DNA of 15,820 bases. Origin: Promethearchaeota archaeon. Lineage in GTDB: Archaea; Asgardarchaeota; Lokiarchaeia; Sigyniarchaeales; SOKP01. Position 1 is the stretch's first letter; every line of letters starts with the position of its first letter. The stretch spans positions 1-15,820 of the forward strand of contig JABXKD010000082.1 of assembly GCA_013375475.1 (NCBI GenBank), read 5' to 3'. Under the pieces are notes generated by a model, which was not told the DNA's origin, made no database searches, and saw only the letters and a list, made by a program, of their open reading frames with translations. The position numbers and the translations under genes were made by a program. Positions 14,408-15,820 of this stretch are shown here, one piece after another.

Positions 14408-15820
14408 TTAACCTCCAATTGGGAAGAAAAATAATTTTGATTCAAGTGCGCTAGTAGGAAAGTTGTATGCGGTGTTCGTAAAGTATTGATAGTGATATTT
14501 TCCTTGTAAGAAAAGTTGTTCTAGCTGATCTGAATAATGCTTTGAATTTGAAAGACCTCGTTGACCGGATGGAATTACGCTTAAAGAATTATTTAAGTTG
14601 CTAAAGTCGATAATTAATCTTTCAGAAGCTCCACCCCTTGCATATCCTACTCCATTATCAATGTTTACTCCAGAAGGATTGATCGTATACCCTTCCCCAT
14701 CGGCTTCATAAGGACCTTTGCTTAAGAAATCTAACTGAGTAAGAGAGGTGAAGTAAAGTTTATGGAGATCACCCCACCTCCAAGTTGTGGGGTCTTCTGA
14801 ATTGTAAAAATCTTCTAACCAGTCTATAGTGGCATTCAATGCTTGCATCATAATATCATCTCTTATTTCATTTTCAGGCGTGGAAATATCATTGAACCAA
14901 TGAGAAGTTTCATTTTCTTTCATTAAATACTCCAAAACTACAATTCTAGAGCGAAGATTTGTCCCATAAGATATAGATTCGTCGTCGAATGTAAAATCTT
15001 GGAAAAAATCTCTCCACTTACGATAAATAGTAGGTGCGCTTTCATCTTTATCCATTATAAAACCCCAACTTTCTAATACCGTGAGAACATTATTGATTTT
15101 CGTCGGAATTGTAGAGCCATAATAATCGTGTATAACTTCAATGAGCTCTGGAACAAATGCTCTGGCTGCTGTTGAGTTAACATCGTTTTGAATATTTTTC
15201 ATAGTCTCTATACTCACCGACCCATCAGCCGCATTCATAAGAAGTTCATTTATTCTTCTTGCTCTGTATCCATCTGCATATTCGTTTTGTTGTAGAAAAT
15301 ATTTTTTGTATTCCGGTCCAGCGACAATTTGATTTGCGGAAGCTAAATATTTTTGCGATGGGTTAAGAGAATTAGGTAATTCTTCAAAGGGGATGTATCC
15401 AATCCATTCTCCTTCACCGTTTGAACCGTTATATGGGAGCGTTCCATTTCCAAAATGTCCTGGAGGAATTCTGGAATCGTCTCTAATCGGCACTTTACCT
15501 GTTGGTCTAATTGCAATGTTTCCATCTACATCGGCGTATACAATATTTTGAGCAAGAAGAGTCCAATATTTTGAACCTTCGTCAAACTCTGCCCTATTAC
15601 TTGCTCTATCAAACCCTTCACCGCCAAGAATGTTGAAAAAATAACCGTGCGCAGTCCACTTTGGTGCTAATACAATGTCTCCTAAGGATGAAGATAGTCC
15701 ATAATCAATAAACTCACTGAACACAGGACCATGAACGGTATAGTTAACTACGAAGGTAATTGGTTCTTGATCTTTCACTTTTATATTATATGTTTTCTGC
15801 GTATAAGGTGTTGAAACTCC
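14408..15820 (-). CDS. Penicillin acylase family (Ntn-hydrolase, peptidase S45), C-terminal part; 5' end lies beyond the window
   Basis: The frame is open to the edge (GVSTPYTQKTYNIK-VKDQ...). Motifs TVHGPV, QNIVYADVDGNI, GKVPIR, SANQ, GYRARRI, WRWGDLH, GASERLIID and PSGQRG...HYSDQL. Confidence 0.92.
   Translation of the reverse strand, partial: GVSTPYTQKTYNIKVKDQEPITFVVNYTVHGPVFSEFIDYGLSSSLGDIVLAPKWTAHGYFFNILGGEGFDRASNRAEFDEGSKYWTLLAQNIVYADVDGNIAIRPTGKVPIRDDSRIPPGHFGNGTLPYNGSNGEGEWIGYIPFEELPNSLNPSQKYLASANQIVAGPEYKKYFLQQNEYADGYRARRINELLMNAADGSVSIETMKNIQNDVNSTAARAFVPELIEVIHDYYGSTIPTKINNVLTVLESWGFIMDKDESAPTIYRKWRDFFQDFTFDDESISYGTNLRSRIVVLEYLMKENETSHWFNDISTPENEIRDDIMMQALNATIDWLEDFYNSEDPTTWRWGDLHKLYFTSLTQLDFLSKGPYEADGEGYTINPSGVNIDNGVGYARGGASERLIIDFSNLNNSLSVIPSGQRGLSNSKHYSDQLEQLFLQGKYHYQYFTNTAYNFPTSALESKLFFFPIGG

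Noticed and set aside
10892-15525. Short ORFs 10892-11119, 11262-11486, 13706-13888 and 15343-15525
   Set aside because: Nested antisense or out-of-frame within well-supported genes; no motifs.
1-15820. CRISPR array, IS element or prophage
   Set aside because: No regularly spaced direct repeats, terminal inverted repeats, or transposase, integrase or capsid-like ORFs were seen by eye.

Overview
AT-rich archaeal chromosomal window, most likely from an Asgard archaeon (Lokiarchaeia-like). This assignment is inferred from a ribophorin I/OST1 homologue, a roadblock/LC7 protein, Sec61-beta, a long Trm112, a type II MetAP and an archaeal BHB-intron tRNA. From left to right it holds: the 5' part of an oligopeptide-type ABC substrate-binding protein (-, missed by the ORF track); a probable operon (-) of AglH/Alg7-type GlcNAc-1-P transferase, an unusually large M48 (HtpX/Ste24) protease and a UbiA-family polyprenyl-P phosphoribosyltransferase; tRNA-Gln(TTG); Trm112 and ribophorin I (-), divergent from Sec61-beta, MazG-like, acetyltransferase and DUF354 genes (+); a GT4 glycosyltransferase and MetAP2 (-); roadblock (+); and a small membrane protein plus the 3' part of a penicillin-acylase-family gene (-). 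The strongest direct observations are a 29-nt intron at non-canonical T-loop position 59/60 of tRNA-Gln and C instead of the near-invariant U33 in the same tRNA. The main inference is a 'proto-ER' locus linking translocon, oligosaccharyltransferase accessory subunit, lipid-linked glycan initiation, membrane protease and N-terminal processing genes. No mobile element or CRISPR array was seen.
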